DNA from: Candidatus Woesearchaeota archaeon
Lineage (GTDB): Archaea; Nanobdellota; Nanobdellia; SCGC-AAA011-G17; GW2011-AR17
Length of the DNA: 64,000 bases
Reading direction: 5' to 3'
Assembly (NCBI GenBank): GCA_964411565.1
Contig: CAYPLB010000003.1
Coordinates: 29,953 to 93,952, forward strand
Shown here: positions 30,331-39,827 of the stretch, piece after piece
How positions within the stretch are numbered: position 1 is the stretch's first letter
How the letters are laid out: the number at the start of each line of letters is the position of its first letter
Made by a program: the position numbers and the translations under genes
The notes under the pieces: generated by a model
Told to the model about the DNA's origin: nothing
Seen by the model: the letters and a program-made list of their open reading frames with translations, nothing else
Databases searched by the model: none

Positions 30331-30893
30331 TATTCATCATCACCTCCACTTGAATCACCTTTTCCAGAGTCAAATACAAATTTCATAATTCCAAAGGTTA
30401 ATAATAAGAATACTACAATTATAAATACATCACTTCCAATCCCTGATATATAATCATAAATTATGTCTAACCAACCAAAGGAATGGAAGAATACTGCTAC
30501 AATAGCAACAATAAAAACACCAGCAAAGTATTTATTCCAACCTGCAAACATTTTGTAAAAATCAAATTCTTCTTTACCAGAAGCAAATGATCCAACTAAC
30601 ATTAGGAATGAAATTATTGCTACTAAGATTAAAGCTATTAAAGGTAAGGATTCTTGTAAAGATGCTACAATCTCTTTAGCTGCAACTACAAAGAATGCTA
30701 TAGAAAATGCAACCATTGCATTAAGATTTTTTTTAGGAATATCATTTCCTTGGAACTTTTCAGTACCAAAAATTTTGGTTTTTTCAAGAATACCAAAAAC
30801 AATTGTGAAAACTAATAAGAATGGTAGAACCACATCAAAGAATCCAAAGTCTTGTAATAAGTCAATTGCCTCTCCTAAAACAGTAGTCCCCAT
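30330..30893 (-). CDS. 4-TM membrane protein, paralog 1 of a tandem triplet
   Basis: MGTTVLGEAIDLLQDFGFFDVVLPFLLVFTIVFGILEKTKIFG; acidic C-terminal tail. Confidence 0.5.
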   Translation of the reverse strand: MGTTVLGEAIDLLQDFGFFDVVLPFLLVFTIVFGILEKTKIFGTEKFQGNDIPKKNLNAMVAFSIAFFVVAAKEIVASLQESLPLIALILVAIISFLMLVGSFASGKEEFDFYKMFAGWNKYFAGVFIVAIVAVFFHSFGWLDIIYDYISGIGSDVFIIVVFLLLTFGIMKFVFDSGKGDSSGGDDE

Positions 30894-30951
30894 AGAGAGA
30901 TATTAGACTAAGATAATTTATAAAACTATCGTTAATTATTAAAGAAAAAAA

Positions 30952-31248
30952 TTAAAGATCTGCATCCATAGATGAGTCTTCATCAAGTTGGTCTTCATAA
31001 CTAGGTACTGCATTTTTTGAGATTATCATAATGTCACCAACAGCTTTAACTAATTGATGAGGAACTACAACACCTCTTGCACCACTAAGAATTCTAGTTA
31101 AGAAAGAATTTTTGGTAGCTTTTATTCTCCATCCAGCAACTTTGTTACCTTGAAGAACTGCTTCATCTATATCTCCGAAATAATCACCAGAATCTGTGAA
31201 TACTTGCATATTATAAATTTCGTTTACGTTTTTAACCTTTAGAGCCAT
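30952..31248 (-). CDS. PRC-barrel domain protein
   Basis: 98 aa with the PRC-barrel pattern (...VFTDSGDYFGDIDEAVLQGNKVAGWRI...) and an acidic tail. First gene of the operon with the membrane triplet. Confidence 0.55.
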   Translation of the reverse strand: MALKVKNVNEIYNMQVFTDSGDYFGDIDEAVLQGNKVAGWRIKATKNSFLTRILSGARGVVVPHQLVKAVGDIMIISKNAVPSYEDQLDEDSSMDADL

Positions 31249-31311
31249 TTTTATTCCTCCTTGTATTATAAGAGATAATCTTTTAAGTGTTTAAATATTT
31301 TTCTTTACTAT

Positions 31312-31983
31312 ATGCATAAAATAGGCAATTTATGGTTGATTGGAACATCTCATATATCTCCAGAGAGTGTAAAAGAAGTTAGAAAAGTTATTTTGGAAAA
31401 TCATGCTGATATTGTAGCTTTGGAGTTAGATAAAGGAAGATTTTTATCTTTAATGGGGAAAAAATCTAAAATTAGAGTAAGAGATATTAGAAGAGTTGGA
31501 GTGAAAGGATTTTTATTTATGTTGTTAGGAGCATGGGTTGAAGAACAATTAGGAAAAGTTGTGAAAACAAAACCAGGTGCAGAAATGAAAAGTGCTGTGA
31601 AAGCAGCAGCTAAAATAAAAGCTAAAATTGCATTAGTAGATCAAGATATTAATATAACTTTGAAAAGACTGTTTAAAGAAATTACTTGGAAAGAAAAGTT
31701 TAGATTTGTTTGGGATATTATAAAAGGAGTTGTGTTTAGGCAACAAGAAGTAAAAGGTTTTGATTTGAGAAAAGTTCCAAGTGAAGATATGATTGCCAAA
31801 TTAGTTGATAGAGTAAAAGATAGGTACCCTTCAATATATAAAACTCTGATCCATGAAAGAAATGTTGTTATGAGTAGAAAATTATTGAAAATGATGAAAA
31901 TGGAAGAAGATAAAAAAATTGTTGCTGTAGTTGGTGCAGGCCATGTTAGAGGTATGATGAAAATAATAAAGAATAAAATTTAA
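31312..31983 (+). CDS. TraB/PrgY/GumN-family protein
   Basis: LWLIGTSHISPESVKEVRKVI...PDIVALELD and C-terminal AVVGAGHV match TraB-family conserved blocks. Confidence 0.65.
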   Translation: MHKIGNLWLIGTSHISPESVKEVRKVILENHADIVALELDKGRFLSLMGKKSKIRVRDIRRVGVKGFLFMLLGAWVEEQLGKVVKTKPGAEMKSAVKAAAKIKAKIALVDQDINITLKRLFKEITWKEKFRFVWDIIKGVVFRQQEVKGFDLRKVPSEDMIAKLVDRVKDRYPSIYKTLIHERNVVMSRKLLKMMKMEEDKKIVAVVGAGHVRGMMKIIKNKI

Positions 31984-32616
31984 TTATTTTTTCTTAGCTT
32001 TCTTTTTAGTCTTCTTTTTTACTTTTTTCTTTACTTTCTTCTTTACTTTCTTCTTTACTTTCTTCTTTACAGCCTTTTTCTTAACTTTCTTTTTAACTTT
32101 TTTCTTTGTAGGTTTTTTGTAAACTTTTATTTCCTTTCTTTTTTTAGGCCAAAAAGCTAAATATGCAAGAACTAAGAAGACCATAATTAAAATTGCACCA
32201 ATAATCCAATAAATGATTGATAGGCCTCTTTCAACTTCTGCCGCTTGGAATCTTACTTCAACACTCTCTCTATAAGCTACTCTCTTTGAAAACTTTTGAT
32301 CATCTAATTTACCAGTTAATGTAACATATTTTATTTCTTCTTTGTTATAATCTTCTAGAATTTCAGTTAGATCAGCAATAAGATAAACTTTATTTCCTGA
32401 AACATCAATACTCGTATCAACTATGTAAGTGTCTGAAAGAGAATTTGTTTCTACTTTAACAGTTATATCTGAAAATCTAATGTCTAAAGTATTTAATCCT
32501 GAAAATGATAAAGTTAACTCATCTGAATCTAAAGAATCAACATCAACAGTTAATGCTGATGCTGAAAATAAGCTAAGACTTAGTATAATTAGTAAAAGTA
32601 ATGATATCTTTTTCAT
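31984..32616 (-). CDS. secreted/membrane-anchored protein with about 50-aa poly-lysine cytoplasmic tail
   Basis: Signal peptide, ectodomain, one TM helix (IIYWIIGAILIMVFLVLAYLAFW), then the tail ...KKKVKKKVKKKAVKKKVKKKVKKK..., encoded by tandem ctttcttctttac repeats at 32020-32100. Confidence 0.5.
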   Translation of the reverse strand: MKKISLLLLIILSLSLFSASALTVDVDSLDSDELTLSFSGLNTLDIRFSDITVKVETNSLSDTYIVDTSIDVSGNKVYLIADLTEILEDYNKEEIKYVTLTGKLDDQKFSKRVAYRESVEVRFQAAEVERGLSIIYWIIGAILIMVFLVLAYLAFWPKKRKEIKVYKKPTKKKVKKKVKKKAVKKKVKKKVKKKVKKKVKKKTKKKAKKK

Positions 32617-32697
32617 ATTTGTAAATGAGGTTTATTAGTATATAAATGTTTTCCAAGAATAATAAACTATAAATACTTCTTAGTATTATTTTATTCT

Positions 32698-33489
32698 ATG
32701 TTTAGCAAGAAAGAAATTTTTCCATTAGTTGTTTCAATTTTAGTTTTAGCTTTAGCTCTAGGATTAGATGATGGAACAGAAGTGTTTGAATGGTCATATT
32801 GGATAAGCAATTTGATAATGGTTACTTTTATGGTAGCAGTTTCTTTCTTAATACATCAATTAGCACATAAATGGATTGCTAGAAGACAAGGATTTATTGC
32901 TGAATATAAATTATGGGGAATAAAAACATTTAGATGGATGCCTCAATCTATTGTTAGAAAAACAAATAATTTTTTTCCAAGAAAAATTAATTTTATGGGA
33001 AAAAGATATGAAATTCGAAGTTTTCCAATAGGAGTTGTTATTTCTTTAGTTATTTCTTTGATAAGTAATGGAAAATTATTTTTCTTAGCATTAGGAGAAT
33101 ATAATCTTTTATTGAAAAGAGGTTCAAGAGTTGGAAAAAAATATGTTCATGTTACAGATTATGAAGATGCAAAGATTGCGTTGGCAGGTCCTATGTCACA
33201 TATAGTATTGTTATTAATTGCTGGATTTTTTAATTCATATGGAACTTTAGATAATTTTATTTTCATTAATTCAGCTTTGGCAATTTTTTATATGATTCCA
33301 ATACATAGGCTTGATGGATCTAAAATATTTATGGGATCAACATTGTTGTATGTTTCTAGTTTAATATTTATTATTGCTGTAGTTGTGTTAGTATATTTCC
33401 TTTCAGTAATTCCATTGTTAATAATAGCAGGATTAGCAACAGCTATTGGAGCTGCTTTATTTTATTATTTTTCTTACATTAAAAACTAA
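32698..33489 (+). CDS. site-2-protease-like (M50-like) membrane protein with non-canonical HQLAH motif
   Basis: Polytopic; the motif HQLAH sits where M50 has HExxH, and a second M50-like motif is present (MIPIHRLDGSKIF, compare NxxPxxxLDG). Confidence 0.45.
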   Translation: MFSKKEIFPLVVSILVLALALGLDDGTEVFEWSYWISNLIMVTFMVAVSFLIHQLAHKWIARRQGFIAEYKLWGIKTFRWMPQSIVRKTNNFFPRKINFMGKRYEIRSFPIGVVISLVISLISNGKLFFLALGEYNLLLKRGSRVGKKYVHVTDYEDAKIALAGPMSHIVLLLIAGFFNSYGTLDNFIFINSALAIFYMIPIHRLDGSKIFMGSTLLYVSSLIFIIAVVVLVYFLSVIPLLIIAGLATAIGAALFYYFSYIKN

Positions 33490-33748
33490 CCATACTAAGA
33501 ATTCCTTTTTGTAATAACCAAATAATTGCTAACCAAGATAATACATTAAATGAACCAAGTAAAGCAATTACGAAAATAATAACTACAAATATATCAATTA
33601 TACTAGCTAAATCTCTAAAGAAAATTATCGCTTTAATTAGTAAATATATAGCAAATATTGCAGCAAACCAAGGAGCTAAAGAAAATTTTAGTAAGAATAA
33701 GCTCAAAGCAGCTATAATATCCAATAAACCTAGTATGAATGCAAACAT
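33479..33748 (-). CDS. small hypothetical membrane protein
   Basis: 89 aa, three hydrophobic helices. Confidence 0.3.
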   Translation of the reverse strand: MFAFILGLLDIIAALSLFLLKFSLAPWFAAIFAIYLLIKAIIFFRDLASIIDIFVVIIFVIALLGSFNVLSWLAIIWLLQKGILSMVSF

Positions 33749-33787
33749 GAGAATAAAGAAAAATTTGTGATTTATATTGTTTACTAC

Positions 33788-33822
33788 TATGGACAGGACA
33801 TAGACGCGCAGTATTTATATAG
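33788..33822 (+). promoter_or_regulatory. GC-rich motif (TATGGACAGGACATAGACGCGCAG) abutting a TATA box (TATTTATATAG) about 25 nt upstream of the hef ATG
   Basis: Striking GC island in AT-rich DNA; a close second copy sits upstream of the LonB-embedded endonuclease gene (61489-61519). Confidence 0.5.
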
Positions 33823-33845
33823 AAAAAGGAGAATATTATGTAAAG

Positions 33846-36035
33846 ATGTTTCAAATTAAAGGTTTTAAGCCGAGATTGTACCAAGAATCAATATTTAGTA
33901 CTACAATGAAAGCAAATACCTTAATTTGTTTGCCAACAGGAAGAGGTAAGACAAAAGTAGCATTATTGACAGCATTGCATAGATTGAATAGTTTTCCAAA
34001 TTCAAAAATAATCTTTTTAACTCCAACAAAACCATTAGCTAAACAAATTGCTGATGAATTTAAAGAAAGTTCTACAATTGAAAAAGTTGAAATTTTTACA
34101 GGATTAATAAAACCAGAAGTTAGAGAATTAATGTTTAAAGAAAATGATGTTATTGTAAGTACTCCACAAGGAATGAGTAATGATATTATTAATAAAAAAA
34201 TTGACTTGAGAAATGTTAGTTGTATTATTTTTGATGAAGCACAACATGCTGTTGGTGATTATGATTATGTTTGGATTGCTAAGCAATATAATAAAGTTGC
34301 AAATTTTCCTAGAATTATAGGATTGAGTGCATCGCCTGGATCAGATCAAGAAAAAATTAATGAAATTTGTTCCAATCTTTTTATTGAAGATATAGAAATT
34401 AGAACTGATAAAGATGAAGATTTAAAACCTTATGTAAAAGAAACTAAAGTTAAATATGAAATTATTGAATTACCTGAAAATTTTAAAGAAGCAAAAAATT
34501 ATCTTGAAAAATGTTACAAGGATAAATTGACAATTTTGAAAGAGTTTGGTTTGACTAAAACTATTTCTAATGTACATAAAACAGCACTCTTAGGAATGCA
34601 AAGAGAAATCCAAAGAAAAATATCTATGGGAGAAAAAGATCCAGCTACTTGGAAATCAATTTCGGTAGTTGCCGAAGCTATGAAAGTTCAACATGCGCAA
34701 GAAATGTTGGAAAGCCAAGGAATTTATGCAGCTTTTAATTATATGAACAAATTGTACAAAGAAGCTGAAAATGGGAAAGTTAAAGCTACTAAGAATTTAG
34801 TTGTAGATACTAATTTTAAAATGGCTTTTATGAAAATAAATAATATGCATAGTCTAGGAGTTGAACATCCAAAATTAATAAAATTAAAAGAAATTATGAA
34901 AGAAAAAAAGAGAGATAAAGTTTTGATTTTTACAAATTATAGAGCATCAGCACAAAAACTCAAAAAAGAATTGAATGAAATTGAAGGAATAAAAGCTGAA
35001 ATATTTATTGGACAAACAAAGAAGAAAGGAATAGGATTAACACAAAAAGAACAAATAAAAGTTCTTGAAGATTTTAAAAAAGGAGAATTTAATACTTTAA
35101 TTGGAACTTCTGTGGGAGAAGAAGGTATTGATATTCCTTCAGTAGAATTAATTGTTTTTTATGAACCTGTACCATCAGCGATAAGAACAGTTCAAAGAAG
35201 AGGAAGAACTGGAAGATTAGAAGATGGAAAAGTAATTGTTTTAGTTGCGAAAGGTACAAGAGATGAAGCTTATAGATGGACAGCTTACCATAAAGAAAAT
35301 AGAATGCATAGAGTATTGAAAAGTATGAAAACAAAGTTTAATTTAGGTAAATCACAAGAAACGACATTAAAAGATTTTAAAGAAAAAAAGAAATGGAAAA
35401 TGTTTGTTGATTCTAGAGAAAAAGGTTCAGGAATTGCAAGATTTTTAGTTGACAATGATGTAAATGTTACAATGCAAAATTTAGAAGTAGGAGATTTTAT
35501 TATTTCTGATAGAGTTGGTGTTGAAAGAAAAGAAATTAGAGACTTTGTTGATTCTATTATAGATAAAAGAGTACTACATCAATTAAAATCTTTGAAAGAA
35601 ACATTTGAAAGACCAATCTTAATTATTGAAGGTGTTGAAGATATTTATTCTGTTAGAAAAGTTCATCCTAATGCAATAAGAGGAATGCTTGCTTGGATTG
35701 CAGTTGATTTGAAAGTGCCAATTATTTATACAAAAGATTTTAGAGATACAGGAGAGTTTTTAATTACTTTAGCAAAGAGAGAACAAGAAAATAATGATAA
35801 AGAATTTGGAATTAGAGGAGAGAAAAAACCTCTGAGTACAAGAGAGTTGCAAGAATATATTGTTTCAGGTTTACCTGGAGTAGGTCCAAGTTTAGCTAAG
35901 AATTTATTGAAAGAATTTATGACCGTAAAAAGAATTGTTAATGCTTCAGAAGAGGAACTAAAAGATGTTGAGAAAATTGGTAAGAAAAAAGCTTCTGAAA
36001 TTAGAAAAGTTCTAGATGAAAAATATAAAGAATAA
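33846..36035 (+). CDS. hef: Hef helicase-nuclease (helicase-associated endonuclease for fork-structured DNA; XPF/ERCC4 family)
   Basis: N-terminal DEAH helicase (LPTGRGKTKVA, DEAQHA, QRRGRTGR), C-terminal ERCC4 nuclease (VDSREKGSGIARFL...GDFIISDRVGVERKEIRDF) and an HhH2 motif (VSGLPGVGPSLAKNL). Confidence 0.88.
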   Translation: MFQIKGFKPRLYQESIFSTTMKANTLICLPTGRGKTKVALLTALHRLNSFPNSKIIFLTPTKPLAKQIADEFKESSTIEKVEIFTGLIKPEVRELMFKENDVIVSTPQGMSNDIINKKIDLRNVSCIIFDEAQHAVGDYDYVWIAKQYNKVANFPRIIGLSASPGSDQEKINEICSNLFIEDIEIRTDKDEDLKPYVKETKVKYEIIELPENFKEAKNYLEKCYKDKLTILKEFGLTKTISNVHKTALLGMQREIQRKISMGEKDPATWKSISVVAEAMKVQHAQEMLESQGIYAAFNYMNKLYKEAENGKVKATKNLVVDTNFKMAFMKINNMHSLGVEHPKLIKLKEIMKEKKRDKVLIFTNYRASAQKLKKELNEIEGIKAEIFIGQTKKKGIGLTQKEQIKVLEDFKKGEFNTLIGTSVGEEGIDIPSVELIVFYEPVPSAIRTVQRRGRTGRLEDGKVIVLVAKGTRDEAYRWTAYHKENRMHRVLKSMKTKFNLGKSQETTLKDFKEKKKWKMFVDSREKGSGIARFLVDNDVNVTMQNLEVGDFIISDRVGVERKEIRDFVDSIIDKRVLHQLKSLKETFERPILIIEGVEDIYSVRKVHPNAIRGMLAWIAVDLKVPIIYTKDFRDTGEFLITLAKREQENNDKEFGIRGEKKPLSTRELQEYIVSGLPGVGPSLAKNLLKEFMTVKRIVNASEEELKDVEKIGKKKASEIRKVLDEKYKE

Positions 36036-36041
36036 AAAAAA

Positions 36042-36644
36042 TTAACAAATTAACTCTACTGTTGCTGTATCTCCATTTACATTTGTCAGTTTAATTGTCA
36101 AACCATTGATGTCTTCAGTTGAACCTGTACTCATTAATTGTGCTCTACTACCACCAACACTAACTTGAGCAGCAAATGTATCTACCATACCAATTTTTAC
36201 AGTTTTTCCTTCAATTGTAGTTGAATCACCAGATTCTATGTCAAATTGTAAACCGCAATCACTAGTTTCTTCTTCAACAACTTCTTCTTCAGGTTCTTCT
36301 TCAACAACTTCTTCTTCAGGTTCTTCTTCAACAACTTCTTCTTCAGGTTCCTCTTCAACAAATTCTATAACTTCTTCAGGTTCCTCTTCAACAACCTCTT
36401 CAGGTGCAATTTCAAGTTGACCTTCAACAGTTTCTTCTGTTTCTTCAGTATCTAAAACAGCCATTCCTGATAAATTAGAAATATTTGTAGCTGCAAAAAA
36501 AACTGCTGTAAAAAGAAGACCTGCACAAACAAAAGCTAAAAAAGTCATCAAGAATACATCTTTTCTTGTTAAGGATTTTGCCTTTTTTTCTTCGTCAGCA
36601 ACGAATCTTAATTTAGATTGATTATTTTCATCCACTTTAATCAC
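36042..36644 (-). CDS. membrane-anchored acidic-repeat protein
   Basis: N-terminal TM; four 10-aa EEPEEEVVEE repeats (30-nt tandem DNA repeats at 36238-36420); C-terminal beta-rich domain. Confidence 0.5.
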   Translation of the reverse strand: MIKVDENNQSKLRFVADEEKKAKSLTRKDVFLMTFLAFVCAGLLFTAVFFAATNISNLSGMAVLDTEETEETVEGQLEIAPEEVVEEEPEEVIEFVEEEPEEEVVEEEPEEEVVEEEPEEEVVEEETSDCGLQFDIESGDSTTIEGKTVKIGMVDTFAAQVSVGGSRAQLMSTGSTEDINGLTIKLTNVNGDTATVELIC

Positions 36645-36698
36645 AGAGTTAAGAAAGAATATTTTATATTTAAATGTTTTTATAAAAAAATAAAAAAA

Positions 36699-39116
36699 TT
36701 AAGGTTTTTTCCAGAAGAAAAATATTGCTCCTCCTAATATACCTAAAATAACAACTCCAATTCCAGTCCATAACCACCATCTTGAAGAAGATTCTTCTGC
36801 TGCATAAGCAATTTGTTCTTCAATTTCTTCCTCTGGAGTTTCTTCTGCTTCTGTAACTTCTTCCTCGATTACAACTTGTCCAGTAATTTCTTGCTCTACT
36901 ACTTCTTCTTCTTCTTCAGTAGTTGTTGTAGCTGCAGCTCCCCCACTTGAACCACCAGAACCACCACTTGAACTAGAACTAGAATCAGAACTTGTATCAG
37001 CAGTTACTACTGAACCTGTTACTGAAGGACCTGTACCTGAGAAATGAGGTAATCTAATCCAGATTCTATCACCACTAGAATCAATATAACAAGGATTTGT
37101 TGAATTAAAGAAACTACTATTTTGATTTGTTGCACAAGTTACATTACCCATTAAAGTTTGCCACTGAGCAGAATAAGTATTGTAGTGACTAAAGTTTGCA
37201 GCTAAATCATTTCCAGTTGTTCCATTTGCAGATGTGTTCCATATTACATTCCATTCTTCATCATATAAGAATGGAATTGAAATATTTACATCAGAAGTTT
37301 CATCTAAACCAGTTTGAGAAGAACTTCCTACAGTATATGGCATAGCAATTAAAATATAGTCATAAATAGTTGGACCTGCTGAACCAAACCTTAATGCCTT
37401 TGTAAAACCATCGTCTGTTGATTCTGCTGAAGTATCATCATCATCAAACAAAGCATCTGGAGGACCAGAAGCAAATAAGTCTACATTTACATAATGTACA
37501 ATTACATTATCCATTTCCATTCTGAAACTTAAAGCTCCTCCACCTATAACAGTACTAAATGGAGTAAAAGAATCCATAGTTGAACTTGTTAAAGAACAAA
37601 CACTTGGTGCATTAGGTAAATCACAACTGGAATTAGATCTCAAAAGAGTAATTGTAATTCCGCTTGCACCTATTGCACTATCAATATCACCAGGATTAAA
37701 TGCTTTCATAGAAATATTTGAATTTGATTGTATTTGTGCTGCAGTTTTTGTACTCATTCTTTTAGGTGCAAAATTACCCATAGAATATACATTAATTTCT
37801 TTATATCCAGTAACATTTATCATAGGCAAAGAATACATTGCATGACCTGCAGTTATATCATTCATAAAAGTTAATTCAAAGCCCATTTGATAGTTTGTAT
37901 AATCTAATATTGTCTCAATGTGTGCATTAATTCCGGATAAAGTTTGATTATCTGTAGCATTAACTAAACTAAAGGTTTGTCTACTTGTATTAACATAGAT
38001 TGAAGAACCTGCTGCACCTCCACCATCACTCATAGAAATATTTGTTGAATCTCCAAGTAAACCATAAACAGTAAAGTTAATTCTATGATTTGCAGAATTT
38101 ACAGTTAAGTTTCTATAAGCACCATAATAATCAGTACCATTATGTCCAGTCATAAATAAAATATAACCAACAGTTTCTGCAGCTGCATAAGGTAAGGAAA
38201 TGTTTGCCCAACCAGTCATTTGAGATATTCCAGTTGTATAGTTATATACATCTGTAGAACTTACCCAAGCACTTGTATTATAAGGTAAAGTTCCAGCACT
38301 CATAAAAAGCATATTACCTGGTTCAGAAACAAAAGGTACTATAGTAATATTATCCCATCCAGAAATAGTATCAACATTTGATGTATTAATGTAAGCTTCT
38401 AACCTTGCCATAGATTCAGTAACATTGAAAGATTTATGTAAAGTTCTTGTTGTAACATTATATCTAGAATAATTAGTTGTACCAGAATTGTCTGCAATTA
38501 CATAAGTTTCTGTTGCACCAGTAAAATTATTCCAATTAAAACTAACAGGTACAAAATTTTCTGTTCCACCTGATTGAGGATAAGCCATTATAGAATAATT
38601 TCTATCCTTAGGGACATTACAAACATAATTTAAAGTTGTGAGGGAGGAACATGTTTGTACTGGCCATCCAAGTTTTGTATCTTTTACTTGAGCAGCAAAT
38701 GAAGTAAATGAAGCTGAACTATTCATAACAGTTATATTAATAGTAGCTGATTCTTTGAGATAATAATTTACATCTGCTAAAGTTACAAGTTCAGCATAAG
38801 GTAAAGCAGGAAGAGATTGTCCTACATAATCAATGTAATTTAAAGTTGTATTAGTGTGTTTTATACTCACTGAATAGAAATATGATGCATCTGCTGATAC
38901 ATTAACACTAAACCAACCAGAAGCATTTGCTAAAGAACTATTAGTTCCTAAATCTGCCCAGTTAGCATCTTTTAATGTTATTGTTATATTAGTTCCGTTT
39001 AATCGAGTTCCTAAAGAATCAAAAGTTGTTCCATTAAATGGAAATGTGGCTGCAGCAACAGAAGTTACAAAAAGTGTTGCTAAAATAATTATTATACATA
39101 TTAATATTTTTTTCAT
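36699..39116 (-). CDS. putative S-layer / major cell-surface glycoprotein
   Basis: Signal peptide; 805 aa very rich in N-X-S/T sequons; C-terminal Thr/Glu-rich stalk; single TM with a KKP tail. Confidence 0.5.
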   Translation of the reverse strand: MKKILICIIIILATLFVTSVAAATFPFNGTTFDSLGTRLNGTNITITLKDANWADLGTNSSLANASGWFSVNVSADASYFYSVSIKHTNTTLNYIDYVGQSLPALPYAELVTLADVNYYLKESATINITVMNSSASFTSFAAQVKDTKLGWPVQTCSSLTTLNYVCNVPKDRNYSIMAYPQSGGTENFVPVSFNWNNFTGATETYVIADNSGTTNYSRYNVTTRTLHKSFNVTESMARLEAYINTSNVDTISGWDNITIVPFVSEPGNMLFMSAGTLPYNTSAWVSSTDVYNYTTGISQMTGWANISLPYAAAETVGYILFMTGHNGTDYYGAYRNLTVNSANHRINFTVYGLLGDSTNISMSDGGGAAGSSIYVNTSRQTFSLVNATDNQTLSGINAHIETILDYTNYQMGFELTFMNDITAGHAMYSLPMINVTGYKEINVYSMGNFAPKRMSTKTAAQIQSNSNISMKAFNPGDIDSAIGASGITITLLRSNSSCDLPNAPSVCSLTSSTMDSFTPFSTVIGGGALSFRMEMDNVIVHYVNVDLFASGPPDALFDDDDTSAESTDDGFTKALRFGSAGPTIYDYILIAMPYTVGSSSQTGLDETSDVNISIPFLYDEEWNVIWNTSANGTTGNDLAANFSHYNTYSAQWQTLMGNVTCATNQNSSFFNSTNPCYIDSSGDRIWIRLPHFSGTGPSVTGSVVTADTSSDSSSSSSGGSGGSSGGAAATTTTEEEEEVVEQEITGQVVIEEEVTEAEETPEEEIEEQIAYAAEESSSRWWLWTGIGVVILGILGGAIFFFWKKP

Positions 39117-39272
39117 TTCACCTTTCCTCCCCAGTATAGGTTGTTTAAATTTAGAGGCAAAATAATATATAAAAGTATCTAGTCTTTATCAATTACAAAA
39201 GTTCCATTGTAACCACATTTACAAAAGTAAACTCCTGTAAAAGGATCTAAACTGATTTTTTCAGATTTACAT

Positions 39273-39806
39273 TTAGGACAAATTAACATTGTGAAGTTCC
39301 GAATACCTAGGACCTGCTCTTGTGAGTTCAGATTGAAATAATTTTATTGAAGAGATTTCTAGTTCTAAAGGTTTGATTTGAATATTGTTTATTGAAGCTT
39401 GGAAATCTTTATCTCTTCTTATTTGCTTTACTCTACCAAGAGTTAAATGAGATTGAAATTTTTGTTCTGAAGGGATTATTGTTAAAAGTGCTTCGTCTAC
39501 TTTTTGTTGAAGTTTAATAATATTATCTTCAGGTTCTAAAGATACCCAAATTACTTTAGGATTTTTTGAATTAGGAAAGAAACCTATTTTTCCTAAGTTT
39601 ACTTTAATTTTATTGAATTTTATTTTAGATAGTTCTTCTTTAATCTGAGGAATTTTGTCTTCTTTGATCTCACCCATAAATTTTAAAGTTAAATGTAAGT
39701 TCTTTTTAGAAACCCAAGTTATCTTAGCCTCTTTTACTTCCTTTTGAAGATTAAATAAATAATCTTTAATTTCTTTATTTAAGTCTACAGCTACAAAAAT
39801 TCTCAT
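39273..39806 (-). CDS. thpR: RNA 2',3'-cyclic phosphodiesterase (2H phosphoesterase, LigT/ThpR)
   Basis: Two H-x-T-x motifs (HLTLKFMGE and HLTLGRV) in a 177-aa protein. Confidence 0.8.
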   Translation of the reverse strand: MRIFVAVDLNKEIKDYLFNLQKEVKEAKITWVSKKNLHLTLKFMGEIKEDKIPQIKEELSKIKFNKIKVNLGKIGFFPNSKNPKVIWVSLEPEDNIIKLQQKVDEALLTIIPSEQKFQSHLTLGRVKQIRRDKDFQASINNIQIKPLELEISSIKLFQSELTRAGPRYSELHNVNLS

Positions 39807-39827
39807 GTATAATATAATATTTTAGAA

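Noticed and set aside
36238-36420. 60-aa Ser-rich ORF (+)
   Set aside because: Antisense reading of the EEPEEEVVEE tandem repeat.
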